This document shows, piece by piece, positions 1 through 12,830 of a DNA stretch of 64,000 nt. Position 1 is the first letter of the stretch. Every line of letters starts with the position of its first letter. A program made the translations under genes and the position numbers. The stretch is from Octopus sinensis (lineage: Eukaryota), in the NCBI RefSeq assembly GCF_006345805.1, contig NW_021833462.1, positions 1 through 64,000 of the forward strand, read 5' to 3'. A model generated the notes under the pieces. It saw only the letters and a program-made list of their open reading frames with translations, made no database searches and had not been told where the DNA came from.

Positions 1-48
1 TAGGATACAGACAAAGGTATTAAGTGTGATATATGACAAAAACAACAT

Positions 49-192
49 TGCGTAACTGGTATTTATTTTAATCGACCCCGAAAGGATGAAAGGCAAAGTC
101 GACCTCATCGGAATTTGAACTCAAAACGTCGCGGCAGACGAAATATCGCTAAGCATTTCGCCCGGCGTGCTAACGTTTCTGCCCGCTCGCCG
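49..192 (-). mobile_element. SINE family C, partial copy (tRNA-like head plus core)
   Basis: Reverse complement of GGCAGAAACGTTAGCACGCCGGGCGAAAT...GAGTTCAAATTCC...GCCTTTCATCCTTTCGGGGTCGAT; matches the copies at 23725 and 54804. Confidence 0.9.
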
Positions 193-397
193 TAGCTAAG
201 AAAGGACACAGCCCCCTCGAAGGACTTCTTCGTTGTTCCCTTCTCTCTGATGTCATTCACAAGGAATGGATCGAATAAGTTTCTTCCTGTTGTGCTTGTG
301 ATGCTGTATCGACCCTTTATCACTCCATTTAAGCCGGGGGTTTTTTTTGTCCTTTTCGCTAACCAGAAGAAAAGCAAAATTAATTTTTTTCGTTATG

Positions 398-783
398 TGG
401 AAGCACTCCGTCGGTTACGACGACGAGGGTTCCGGTTGATCCGATCAACGGAACAGCCTGCTCGTGAAATTAACGTGTAAGTGGCTGAGCACTCCACAGA
501 CACGTGTACCCTTAACGTAGTTCTTGGGGATATTCAGCGTGACCACAGAGAGTGACAAGGCCGGCCCTTTGAAATAGTACAAAACAGAAACAGAAGTAAG
601 AGTGAGAGAAAGTTGTGGTGAAAGAGTACAGCAGGGATCACCACCATCCCCTGCCGGAGCCTCGTGGAGCTTTTAGGTGTTTTCGCTCAATAAACACTCA
701 CAACGCCCGGTCTAGGAATCGAAACCGCGATCCTACGACTGCGAGTCCGTTGCCCTAACCACTGGGCCATTGCGCCTCCACAC
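398..783 (-). mobile_element. SINE family A (tRNA-derived, ~385 bp), full length
   Basis: Near-identical to 3907-4290, 40575-40925 and 56774-57135. Pol III A box TGGCCCAGTGG and B-box-like GGTTTCGATTCC. TTCGTTAT on both flanks (probable TSD). Confidence 0.93.
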
Positions 784-1053
784 ATTTCTTCGTTATATAC
801 ATGTCTAGAAGATATACAGCGTGTTTGAGTTTTTATTCAGCGTATGTATGAAATGCAGAGAAATGTGTAATTAATGTAATGAAAAGGGGGGGGGGGTTCA
901 ATTATAACATTTTATATATAACACTGTAGTGCACCTATTCTAATCCTTCACGTGAGTCGTCAGACTTACTGGCGTAAATGAGGTGAAAGGACGACAAGCA
1001 GCAACGAAAACAAGTCATGTTCTAGATTTCCGAGATGATTACATCAAGTAGTG

Positions 1054-1071
1054 TGACGTCATGTGACGTCA
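1054..1071. promoter_or_regulatory. Two tandem perfect CRE palindromes (TGACGTCA x2)
   Basis: TGACGTCA at 1054-1061 and 1064-1071. Motif match only; function unproven. Confidence 0.3.
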
Positions 1072-1726
1072 TGAACAGATACAACAGAAGTGATACATTC
1101 TGGTTTTACGAAAGAGAAATAGGAGTGGAATTGGACGGCTGATTCTCCCCCACTCCCGCTCTCCACCCTTCAAATTGTAGATGTTACGTAAAAAAAAAAA
1201 AAAAATTAAATGCGGACTATATTTTGCTTTGTCGAGAGTTTTACCATTTTTAATATGGCGTCTGCTAGAAAACAAACAACGAAATTCAGAAGAACAGTTA
1301 CCAAAATAGAAACATCAATTATAAGTTAAAGAACATAACAGTATTAAGATCATATCGGGTGGGAGCCTCTTTATGGGTAGTTGACCTTCTACAAATAACA
1401 GCTAAATCTCTGTTTAATCATGTCTTAAATGAAGGAGACATTTGACATGAACTTGGGTAACACAGAGTGGTGGTGGGGGGAGCATCGTGGATGTATATGC
1501 GTAACTACTTGTATATAGGCATATAAATATACGTGGAAACCCGTGTTTTTGCGTGTGATTCAATGGTTCAGGCTGACGTTGACAACATGCAGTGGCTTCC
1601 TTTTGTAGATATTTACTCGACAGATGCTGGTTATCTCAAGCTTAAGGCAGAAATGAAGAGTTTTACTTGTTTAATCGGTGCACCACATGCTGAGAGAAAG
1701 AGAGAGAGAAAGAGAGAGAAAGTGAA

Positions 1727-1764
<38 letters not shown>

Positions 1765-1914
1765 GGAGAAGTATATTCCTCCCAGAATACTTAGTAACGA
1801 GAGCAACAACAACTAAAACAATGTAACGTAACATTATCTATAACAAGACGAGAAAGAGGTTATGGAGAAGATTGCCTGGCTCTTGTCTGTAGTCTAATTA
1901 AACATGCAGAAAAA

Positions 1915-1964
<50 letters not shown>

Positions 1965-2682
1965 CACACACGTAATATAGATGACTTAATTAACTTGCAA
2001 CATCCATCTTGGCTCAAAACATAAACAACTAAGCGATATTGAACAATAGGTCATTTTATTGATTACAAGTCTGGATTAATTTGGTTTGTTTTTTTTAATC
2101 AATTTCAACCCCCCAAAATAATGAGTTCCTGCAATTTTCCAACCACCACAATTACGAACTGCAAACTCCACACTGTCTCCTACATTGTTTTTATTATTAA
2201 TTCTATATCTTTCTCCTTTGACTGCTTCTTTATTTATCTCGGTTGTTTACTACTAAACTCCAAGTTGTTTATATCTAGCTGTTGTCTTCTCTACAACATA
2301 TTCAAGTCTTCCCATTCCAAACTGAGAGACTCAATGCAGCAATGAAGTATTTCAAGAGGTTTTGACGATACTCTACCTGCTGAAGAAGAGAAATATTACA
2401 CTTGTCCTCAATGTTGACAAGTCATTGCTGATAACAACGGCAATGTCACTGATTTAATCGCTCTATAACAACTAATGTAATCTATGAAAGACAACTGCAG
2501 AGATATTCACAGCAAGTTGGCTCACGCCTGCTGATTGAATGAAAATACATGCACACAGATGTTTATGTATAACGGTTCTGTAGTCAGAGGCAAATGTGGT
2601 ACTTGTCTTCAGATAATTGAACAAAAGTAATACATGTTTGGGCAGTCTCCTTTATTTTTTTTTCTATATATGTCACATATAT

Positions 2683-3116
2683 AGGAGTGGCTGTGTGGTA
2701 AGTAGCCTGCTAACCGACCACATGGTTTTCCGGGTTCAGCACCAGGCGTGGCATCTGGGCAAGTGTCTTCTCTGCTATAGCCCCGGGCCGACCAATGCCC
2801 TTGTGAGTGATGTGGTAGACGGAACTGAAAGAAGCCTGTCGTATATATTTATATAATATATATCTATATATATCTATATATATATATATAAGTGTGTGTA
2901 TATGTTTTGTGTCTGTGTTTTGTCCCCCTAGCATTGCTTGACAAACCGATGCTGGTGTTTTACGTCCCCGTTACTTAGCGTTCGGCAAAAGAGACCGATA
3001 GAATAAGTACTGGGCTTACAAAGAATTAGTCCCGGGTCGATTTGCTCGACTAAGGCGGTGCTCCAGCATGGCCACAGTCAAATGACTGAAACAACTAAAA
3101 GTAAGAGTAAAAGAGT
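2683..3116 (+). mobile_element. SINE family B (tRNA-like head, CORE-like segment, internal TA/TG microsatellite, GTAAAAGA tail)
   Basis: AGGAGTGGCTGTGTGGTAAG...TGGGCAAGTGTCTTC...(TA)n...GCTCCAGCATGGCC...GTAAAAGAG; about ten copies in the window. Confidence 0.92.
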
Positions 3117-3506
3117 ATATGAAGCGAGTCGTATTCGAAACTGTTGAATGTTCAACAGCGAAAGGCTTAACAAATTGTAGGATTGTTACAATTATACACA
3201 ATTTTATTGTAGTGCAAATATAATATAATATACATGTGTGTGCTTGTGTGTGTGTATGGGTGTGTGTGCATGTGTGCGTATGTGTTTGTATGTGTGTGTG
3301 CGTGTATGTGTGCGTATATGCGTGTGTGTGTGCATGTGTGTGTTTGTGTATTCAAGTATGAATTCACAAGAAGAATCTTATGTATTCCTTCGAGTTGTGT
3401 AATCGGAACTGCATTCTCTTCCAAGAACTTTTTATGGTTGCTGTTTATAAATTTGTAACAACAATTATATGGTCGTTATCATTTCCTCTTCTCTACCCTG
3501 TCTCAT

Positions 3507-3548
<42 letters not shown>

Positions 3549-3906
3549 CATCACTTTCTCTCTCTCCCCGCTCTCAAATTCTCTTCCCTTTTTTCTTCCA
3601 TGTCCTTTTATGTTCCTCACTTGCAATTTGTTGCTGTTCCATTCATCCAACTGAAACAAGAAAGCAAGCAGAAGAAATAACACAACTCGCAACGGTGTTT
3701 GTCCAAGAACTACGCCTGAATATTTAATCTTTATTGGTTTTCGCCTTGCAGCACTCTAATCTGAGTCGCTAATGTCTGTCGATGTTTTGCTTTAGTTTTA
3801 ATGTAACAGTATTATTATCGTCTGCTTTGCCTCCATTTCTCTGTATCTTAACCCTACATTTGTCTGTGTATTCGTATATTCTATATCACGACTTCCCTTA
3901 CTTCAC

Positions 3907-4290
3907 TGGAGGTGCAATGGCCCAGTGGTTACGGCAGCGGACTCGCGGCCATAGGTTTGCGGTTTCGATTCCCAGACCGGGCGTTGTGAGTGTTTATTGA
4001 GGGAAAACACCTAAAGCTCCACGAGGCTCCGGCAGGGGATGGTGGTGATCCCTGCTGTACTCTTTCACCACAACTTCCCTCACCTCTTACTTCCTGTTTC
4101 TGTTGTACCTGTATTTCAAAGGGCCGGCCTTCTCACTCTCTGTGTCACGCTGAATATCCCCGAGAACTACGTTAAGGGTACACGTGTCTGTGGAGTGCTC
4201 AGCCACTTACACGTTAATTTCACGAGCAGGCTGTTCCGTAGATTCGGATCAACCGGAACCCTCTTCGTCGTAACCGACGGAGTGCTTCCC
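3907..4290 (+). mobile_element. SINE family A, full length
   Basis: Homologous to the other A copies; ACTTCACTG repeated at both ends (TSD). Confidence 0.93.
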
Positions 4291-5408
4291 ACTTCACTGA
4301 ATATATTTCTTGTCTCTTGAGTCCCTGTTGCACTGTATCCGTTTATAAACACGAAACTTATACGACCCTATTCACATATAATAAAGAAGACTCAACAGGG
4401 GTCGAATGAAACGGCAAACCTTTGCAACCAAAGGAAAGCAATAAAAAGAAATAATTCAAAAAGCAATTACAAAGTAGAAAAGGTAGATCGTCCGTGAAGA
4501 GGAGGCTCACATCAACGAGGGTGACTCCATCCCCCAAGGAGTGTAACTCATTGTCCGTGAGAAGAAATAAACTCCAACTTCATCATTTTCAATACCAGTA
4601 TCCAACTGGAGCATATTATATGAACGCTGAAAAGGGAAACTCGACCAGGGGGGACTCTGAGCGCATAAAAAAGTACTAATAATAATAACCACAATAATGA
4701 TTATCTTTATCATACAAGTGATATTTGGGTTAGACTGCTAATCAATACTATGATACCAGTACATCACTGATATTACATTTTATCGATCACCGACGGACGA
4801 AAGGCAAAGTTCGTGCATTATTTCGTATGAAAATCGGAACTTCTTACGAACTGCGGCAAAATTTCGTTTTATATGAGAATAAATGAACATGAAGAGAGTA
4901 CTTAATGCTGCTCTGGTCATGTACGACTGTTTGCACAAATGTATGAGAGATGAAAGAGGTCATAATATCGCTGTCAAAATAGGAAAACCATTTCTAACAC
5001 AAAATGTATAGAAACACAAGAGAGTTCGTATAACAATAACAAAGACTTGGCATTGAATGCAATAGAACAAAAAATATTAAAAAAATGGAATATCCTGAAC
5101 ATGTCAGAAAAGAGATACAAAATTGAATAGTCATGCAAATCTCAATGTAGCAACGCATGCATGTAAACATATATAGGGTGTTGTTGTCGTCCTCATCCTC
5201 ATCCTCATCCTCCTCATCATCATCATCGTTATCATAATCATCGCGGTCGTGGTTGTTCTGAGCGTTTGCAGAAAGTAATATGTAGGAGGACGAATGATAG
5301 AGTATTATGAAGGGAAATTAATGTAAATGAAAATATATGAGGTGAAAAAGTTCCGTTGCAACACGAGAATGCGTTGGAATAGAAAAGCAGACATTTATAA
5401 GTACAAGC

Positions 5409-5449
<41 letters not shown>

Positions 5450-5503
5450 AATACATACATACATACATACATACATTATATACATACATTTATATACACA
5501 CAT

Positions 5504-5549
<46 letters not shown>

Positions 5550-5588
5550 TATTATATATATATATTATATATATATATATATATATCC

Positions 5589-5634
<46 letters not shown>

Positions 5635-5670
5635 GCACATACAATATTATTTCCCTTAGGCATAACGAGA

Positions 5671-5704
<34 letters not shown>

Positions 5705-6589
5705 GATAGATACATAGATGTATGTACACATATATATGTGTGTGTGTGTGTATGTATTTATACGTGTATATATTTATACATATACAAACACACACACACA
5801 TATATATATATATACACGAAACAGAGATCGGTAGTTCAGTGAATATATATATAGCAACATACAAATATCATACGCCTCCCCATTAACGCATTACCTCTAT
5901 ATGAATATAAATGTTCATGCGTATACACAAATATAGACACAAATATAAGAATATATACGCATAAGTAGCAATTTAAATATACACAAGCGCAAAAGTATAC
6001 ACATGTATGTATAAACACGCACCCCTTCACACACATACATACATGCATGCATACACACATATATACATACACACATATATACATACACATGCAAACACAT
6101 GCATATGCAATTTCTTGGCGTAGCAACATAAAAATGACATCGTACACGAACAAAATATTATATAACCAGCTTTGAGCATGCGCACACGTGTGTCTACGTG
6201 TACATAAGCGTTAATTCAAATATATACTCGAATAAATGCTGCACAAAACATTTGCAAAACTTTCAGAAATTCTGCAGAAATATGAATTTCATTAGAGAGA
6301 GAAAGAGAGACAAAGACGGAAGTAATAGTAATATGTTGTGTAAAGGTATTGGCTGCAGAAGGGGAGGGTAGGACATTGAAAATTAACAGCGTGGAAGAAA
6401 AATAATAAATCGTAAAAGCCAGAAAGGCTCGAGACTAACTGTACATTGCTACATAATATATTTGTATACATACATACATACATACAACATACATACATAC
6501 ATACATATATACATAACATACACACTCACATACATACATACAAACATACACCCTCACATACATACATACATACTGTCCGTCAAACTCAT

Positions 6590-6690
6590 GTCTGTCCAGA
6601 CCTTGCTCCTGCGATTATTAGTTGTTCTCCAAGCTGAAGGAAATGAAGGAGATGGTGACCAGGATTTTGGACACTATCACCGTATTGATG
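6590..6690 (+). mobile_element. Tc1/mariner transposase fragment
   Basis: Translates across a frameshift to PDLAP...LFSKLKE, resembling the mariner YSPDLAPxDxxLFxxLK motif. Confidence 0.5.
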
Positions 6691-7389
6691 TCACGCATAC
6701 ACACAATCACACACAATCATACACACTCACACACGGATATATACAGCACATCTTGTTTGTGGCCATTATTATCTCTACCGACAAAACGGACAGGTAGGCG
6801 ATACAAAGGTGGACAAGAAAAACAACAATTAGAGGGACAGGAAAAAAGGACAGTTCATTCGTGGCTTTCTTTCGTCAGCCAAGTTACCAGATGTCCTTAC
6901 AGTTTCGGGCAGTTACACTTGAGACTGTTTGATCTGGTTGCCTCCAAAAAGTCTAAGCTAAGAGCATTAGATTTTTTTGTAAGAAGGCGAATGTGTGCAA
7001 AAACAAAGACGAAAACGGAGAATATGGTACACAATTACAAATACAAACAACAAGAATATGTGAGCCTCTGTACGGTTCCTTTTAACGAAATTCCACGCAG
7101 AAGCTTTCGACTGACTGAGCAGAACTCATTGTGCAGTGAAGTCGAACCCGAGACGTGATGATGATAAAGAGTATTCCTAACCACACCACCATGGCAACGC
7201 CCTCCATATTAAATTAATGTGTTATATTATCGTTACCTTGTGAAAGAAATTATTTTCTTCGTCAATTATTTTATAAAACGTAGCTGTTAGGTTTCTTACT
7301 GCAACGATCTTCATATCCTAATTCATGATGAGTTCTGTGACGCCAGCATTTTTGCCATCTAATTGCTGTTATTAGTATTATCATTATTT

Positions 7390-7417
7390 TTTCCGTCGTC
7401 GTCGTCATCATCGACAC

Positions 7418-7453
<36 letters not shown>

Positions 7454-7590
7454 ATTATTATTATTATTTATCATCATCGTCACCATCATCATAATCGTCA
7501 TCATCATCATCATCGTCACCATCATCAACATCGTCACCATCATCATTATCATTATGATTATTATTATTATTATTATTTATTATTATTGCC
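7390..7590. repeat. (CAT)n/(TAT)n microsatellite
   Basis: Trinucleotide runs visible directly. Confidence 0.95.
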
Positions 7591-7837
7591 TATTGAGATT
7601 ATAATTAATTTTTATAAGTGTTTTAATTCTAAGTAATTGAGTTATTTAAAATAGATCTCAATTAAATTAGCCTTATCTGTCAATACACATATTCCACTAT
7701 TTCGTATATTTTTCCTAGAAGCAAATGCTTACATTTATTTTACACACACACACACGCGCACACACAAACATACACACACATCGATGGATAGATAGACATA
7801 CATACATACTGACAAATAGACAAAGATACATAGATAA

Positions 7838-7848
7838 ATATATATATA

Positions 7849-7925
<77 letters not shown>

Positions 7926-7940
7926 TGATAGATAGATAGA

Positions 7941-7986
<46 letters not shown>

Positions 7987-8243
7987 GAGAAAGATGGATT
8001 GATGGGGAAATGGATGGATGGATGGAGGATGGCTGATAGATAGATGATGGATAGATAGATGGTAATGGATGGATGGATGATGATGGATGGATGGATGGAT
8101 GGATGGATGATGGATGGATGATGGAGATGGATGGAGGGATGGATGGATGGATGGATGGATGGAGGGATTGATGATGGATGGATGATGGGGATGGATGGAT
8201 GGATGGATGGATGGATGGATGGATGGATGGATGGATGGATGGA
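7838..8243. repeat. Compound (TA)n-(GATA)n-(GGAT)n microsatellite
   Basis: Visible directly. Confidence 0.97.
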
Positions 8244-8389
8244 TATTCAGGCATGTATAATCATTCGTGTTAGTTAATGCGGTAAAGAAACAATATATAT
8301 TGAAGAACCTGACTTTAATATCATTGCTGATAATTAGCTAATTAGTTATGCTCCACGAGCAATTGTCGTCAATATCAAACATTGATTTG

Positions 8390-8603
8390 AAATTTTGTCA
8401 CAAGGCCAGCAATTTCACAGGAGGAGAAATATGTCAATTACATCGAGCCCAGTGTATCACTAACTGGTAACTTATTTTGTCGACCCCGATTGGTGAAAAG
8501 CAAGGTGGTCTTCGGCGGAATTTGAACTTCGAACGTGAAGACGAACGAAGTGTCGCTAAGCATTTCACCTGGTTCGCTGACGATTCTCCCAACACGCCGC
8601 CTT
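8390..8603 (-). mobile_element. SINE family C, diverged copy with tail type 2
   Basis: Degenerate GACCCCGA...CGGCGGAATTTGAACT...GCTAAGCATTTC; tail CACAAGGCCAGCAATTT. Confidence 0.75.
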
Positions 8604-8819
8604 ATCAATATCAAACACTTATGTGAATTCTTTTAGAGTGTGTAAACTAATGTACCAGTAAAATACTGGGGTTACCAATTTCCGTGTTCGTTTCCATTAA
8701 ATTCCTGTCCCTGTTCCTACTTTATGTTTGTAATGTACTGTCTCTAATAAATAATTGTATGAGCTAAGGGAGCTAACACAATAGAGATTGGTGGCATGGA
8801 TGTTGATAAACACGATAGA

Positions 8820-8982
8820 GGTACGTGGCCTAAAGGTGTGGCTCACTCTCAGAATGCCATCTCATTGCGTGGCACCTTGGGCAGGTGTCCTCTACCATAG
8901 CCACGTGCCAACCAAAGCTCTGTGAGTGGATTTGGTAGACAGAAACTGAAAGAAGCCCGTCGTATATGTATATGTATATTAT

Positions 8983-9049
<67 letters not shown>

Positions 9050-9330
9050 GTGTGTGCGTGTGTGTGTGTTTGTGTGTGTTTATGCGTGTGTGTATGTGTG
9101 TGTGTGTTTGTTATGTGTATGTTTGTACCCCCCCCGCCGTCGCTTGACTAGCGAAGTTGGTGTGTTTACGCCCCAGTGACTTAACGATTCGGTAAAAAAG
9201 ACTGATAAAATATGTACTAGGCTTACAACGAATAAGTCCTGGGGTCGATTTTTACGACTAAAGGTGGTGCTCCAGCATGGCCGCAGTCAAATGACTGAAA
9301 CAAGTAAAAGAGTAAAAGAGAGTAAAGAGT
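8820..9330 (+). mobile_element. SINE family B, diverged copy
   Basis: GCGTGGCACCTTGGGCAGGTGTC...GAAACTGAAAGAAGCCCGTCG(TA)n(TG)n...GTAAAAGAGTAAAAGAG. Confidence 0.88.
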
Positions 9331-11017
9331 ATATCCATACATATGTGTGTTGTGTGTATGTGGGAATCTGTGTATGCGTGTGTGTGTGTATGTGTGTGTG
9401 TGTATGCGTGCGTGCGTGTGTGTGTGCATTTATCTTCGCACGGCATCTGCAAGTCAAGAACTTATTAATTCTTATTAACGTATTGACGAAGTTCTCATGT
9501 CGAAATTAATATTGTTTTTCCCAGGTGAGCTTTTCCCCTCAAATCTTGTTTGTACATCTTTTACAATTTAACGGTTTGTTTCATTTGTTTCGCTAATTTA
9601 TTTTGCATTCTTTTCGTGTCTTCTTTCGTTGCCATACTTGTTGCAACATCTTGTTTAGAGTTGCTTCCAAAATCTTTATAGGTTTACTATGCTTCATGCC
9701 TTTTGTTTTTCCTTCCACCTTTTCGGTATTCTCCTCTTTGATCTAAGAGAAATGTTATCAGCATCAACACAGAGGAACTAAGTAAATTTCATTCCCAACA
9801 ATTCCTCCACTCAATATTCACCTTATTTTCCCTAATTAAATTTTATCTTCGCTTCTTTTCCAGCATTTTGCTATGTTCTTTTGGCTCCTGTTATTTTCTT
9901 TTGCTCTTATCTCTCTCAGGTAATTCCTTCCCTTTTTTTCTCATCCCCACTCATCCGATCCTTCTGCCTTCATCCTCATCCTCTTAATTCTTTTATCATC
10001 TCCTTCCACTTGTCTCTTCCTTGCACATCCTCTTCATTTCCTCCTCGTTATCTTCTCCCTCCATTTCTGATTTCCTGACAAGCACAACGACAGTAAATTA
10101 AAGCGAGTGCTCGCTGAGGGATAACCTCATAAGGTATATCGAATTACTTGGGGTTAGAGAAAATATCTTTGCTGTTGTTGTTGTTGTGTTGTTGTTGTTA
10201 TTTATGTTGCGACAACTGCTGCAAGGCATGGCCACCTAGCAATTATAATATACGCTTCGCAACGATAAGTTCCGCGTTACTTCCCACTGCGTGGCATCTC
10301 GGGTAAGTGACTTTTACCAGTGGAACTGATCTCTTTATTTGGATGTATTCTGTGGGTTGCCAACAGGCACGAACAGAGCACGAACATGGGCAATGGAAAC
10401 GAAGATAGACCAGAAACTTAGATAAAGATTTTCCTGCTGAAATGCATTCAGTCCAGTATATCCATAGCAACTGCATAAACAACTGCATTTAGATGCTCCT
10501 CTAGGTAGTGACTACAGAGAAATAAGAGAAGCCAGTGGGTGTGCCCCTAGGTCGTGGCTTGATGTGTTAAATATAGCAACAAAATTTCATCCAATTCCTT
10601 CAAGCAGCGACGAATATACAAAAAGATGTAAACTTAATCATATGTTAAAGTCTAGGTGGTCACCAATAGAGTGAATTTGACCTCAAGTTTTTGATCAGAA
10701 TTGATATGGGATAAAACAAACAAACACAGCAACCACAACATGAAGGTAACATACCGGTTTCGTTGTATCATTACTGTTGCTTGTGTTGTATATACAGGAA
10801 CGGTTAATGATTTAGCGCTCCGAGCGTCACCGCTGGCACTACACTCAAACCATACATTTATCAAACACACATGGCCTTTGCTGGCAACTCGCGATTCTCT
10901 TAATGTTATCATTTTTATCATGTTGTAAATGCTCAACGTCAGCTGTATTACGTGGTGCTTAACAGTGCTATTTTTATGTCACGGTACACACACACACACA
11001 CATAAGTATATATATAT

Positions 11018-11598
11018 ATATGTGAATATAATCAAAAAGGCTAATAACATAGATTATTATTACCAGTGGCCTAGCACAAAAGACGAATTAGTCATTAGAC
11101 AAAATATTATTCATATAGAAAAATATTATTCATATTGAAATATAATTAAGGGCTCCCAGATAAGGAAACCTAGTGCTAGGGACACAAAAAGGGATAAATT
11201 CATCGAGAGTGAAAATCAAAAACATTTACCATTAATGATATATCCCGGACTGATCACGTTTCTACCTCTTTCTAGCAAAATAGACATAATATGTTTGCCA
11301 AGGCCAGGTTCATCAGCGGGACGCCTTTGTTAATTCTAGATGCACAGAGAGTTAGACCATGTGTCGATCTAAACATTTTGTAAATCTTAACTTTTCAAAC
11401 CTCTGCGCAGACGTAAAATATACCCGGCGATATAGGGCATGTCGGTAAAAAATTTTACGAACAAATCTATCAAGTAATATGTGAATATAATCAAAAAGGG
11501 TAATAACATAGATTATTATTATCAGTGGCCTAGCACAAAAGACGAATTAGTCATTAGACAAAATATTATTCATATAGAAATATAATTAAGGGCTCCCA
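11018..11598 (-). mobile_element. Retrozyme/Penelope-pLTR-like element: ~440-bp unit, 1.3 tandem copies, inserted in (TA)n
   Basis: Direct repeat 11018-11158 versus 11477-11598 (first copy has an extra 19-bp duplication). (TA)n on both flanks. Hammerhead in the unique middle. No ORF of note. Confidence 0.75.
11242..11322 (-). ncRNA. Type I hammerhead ribozyme
   Basis: Minus strand: GUCCCG-CUGAUGA-ACCU[long hairpin]AGGU-A-GAAA-C-GUGAUCA-G-UC^-CGGGAU. Stem I 6 bp (one G-U), canonical core, GUC cleavage triplet. Confidence 0.8.
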
Positions 11599-11723
11599 AT
11601 ATATATATATATACGACGCGCTTCTTTCAGTTTCCTTCTACCAAACTTACTCACAAGGCTTTAGTCGGCCCGAGGCTATAGTTGAAGACACTTGACTAAA
11701 GTACCACGCAATAGGATTGAAAC
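11599..11723 (-). mobile_element. SINE family B, 5' half (its TA tract hosts the hammerhead element)
   Basis: (TA)n-CGACGCGCTTCTTTCAGTTTCC...CACAAGGCTTTAGTCGGCCCGAGGCTATAG...GACACTTG. Confidence 0.85.
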
Positions 11724-12399
11724 ATATTTATATATGTGGCTGACACATTCCCTCATCGGCACCGCGCCTATCACTCGAACTATGATAAAGTATAAAAAGG
11801 AAAGAAGAATCTTTGTACTGCACCCTATGCAAACCAAACCAAACCATTCGCAAACATTTTGATCAGTTTTGCAATAAGTTCTTCGAACATAGCGGATAAC
11901 ATTTCTGAATTATAGCAATTACTGAGTATTCAAAGAGAGTCGAATCATTGCTAGCTGCGTGTTTCAACATGGATCGTGAGTCATTAATCTTTAACCAGTC
12001 AGTGACACTTCAATATATATATTCTGTACGTTTTGGCTGGTGTTGTTGTTGCTGTTCTCAATATTTACTAGTGGCGCCCCCCACCCCATCCCGCATCACC
12101 CAAGACCTATTTGTTGATGGGACAATATAGATTGCTGATCTTATTCATGTTAATGCTATTGAAGAGAACCCGAGAAGCAATAAGAGGGAGGACATAGAGA
12201 ATCTCCCTCTCGGGGTGCAACTCTACCGTGGGTGAGCGCGAGTGTGTGTTGCCAAAAACATCATCTAACAAGATGTCCTCAGCGTTCAAAGTATTTCTTT
12301 ACATTTCACTGCTATTTCTAGCGAATCAAGCAGGTACATCGGAACCCCATCTTCAGGTCCTTATTACGATTATTATTGTTACTACTAATAAGACGATTA

Positions 12400-12830
12400 G
12401 CTGGAAGAATTGGTTTAAACGCTGCACAAAATGGTTAGCGTTATTTCATTTGTCAATACGTTTTCAGTGCAAATTCTGGCGGGGTCGTCGTTGCGTTTCA
12501 TACTTACGGAGTTAATAAAATTGGTACCAGTCGAGCACTGGTGTCGATGTAGTCGTCTAAATCTACTCCAAACAAATTACTGGCCTTGTGCCAAAATTTG
12601 AAGCCATTATTATAAATACTAATAAAGCGGCGAAATGACAGAATCCTTAGAACGCCGGATAAATTGCTTAGTGACATTTCGTCCGTCCTTACGCTCTGAG
12701 TTCAAATTCTGTCGAGGTCAATTTTGCCTGTTATGGGTAGATAAAATAAGTACCAGTTGTGTACTGGGGGGTTCGATGTAATTCACTTAAATACTCTCAA
12801 CAAAATTTTACACCTTGTGCTTATAGCACA
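12400..12830 (+). mobile_element. Two adjacent diverged SINE C copies
   Basis: TCTGAGTTCAAATTCTGTCGAGGTC, GTACCAG...TCGATGTA and (GG/CA)CCTTGTGC tails, each present twice. Confidence 0.65.

Noticed and set aside
3907-3985. tRNA gene (also the heads of other SINE A, B and C copies)
   Set aside because: A and B boxes are present, but there is no proper acceptor stem, and each continues into a repeated SINE body with TSDs.
6622-7158. 178-aa ORF as a gene
   Set aside because: Patchwork of a mariner fragment, CA-rich repeat and a degenerate SINE B piece; no coherent domain.
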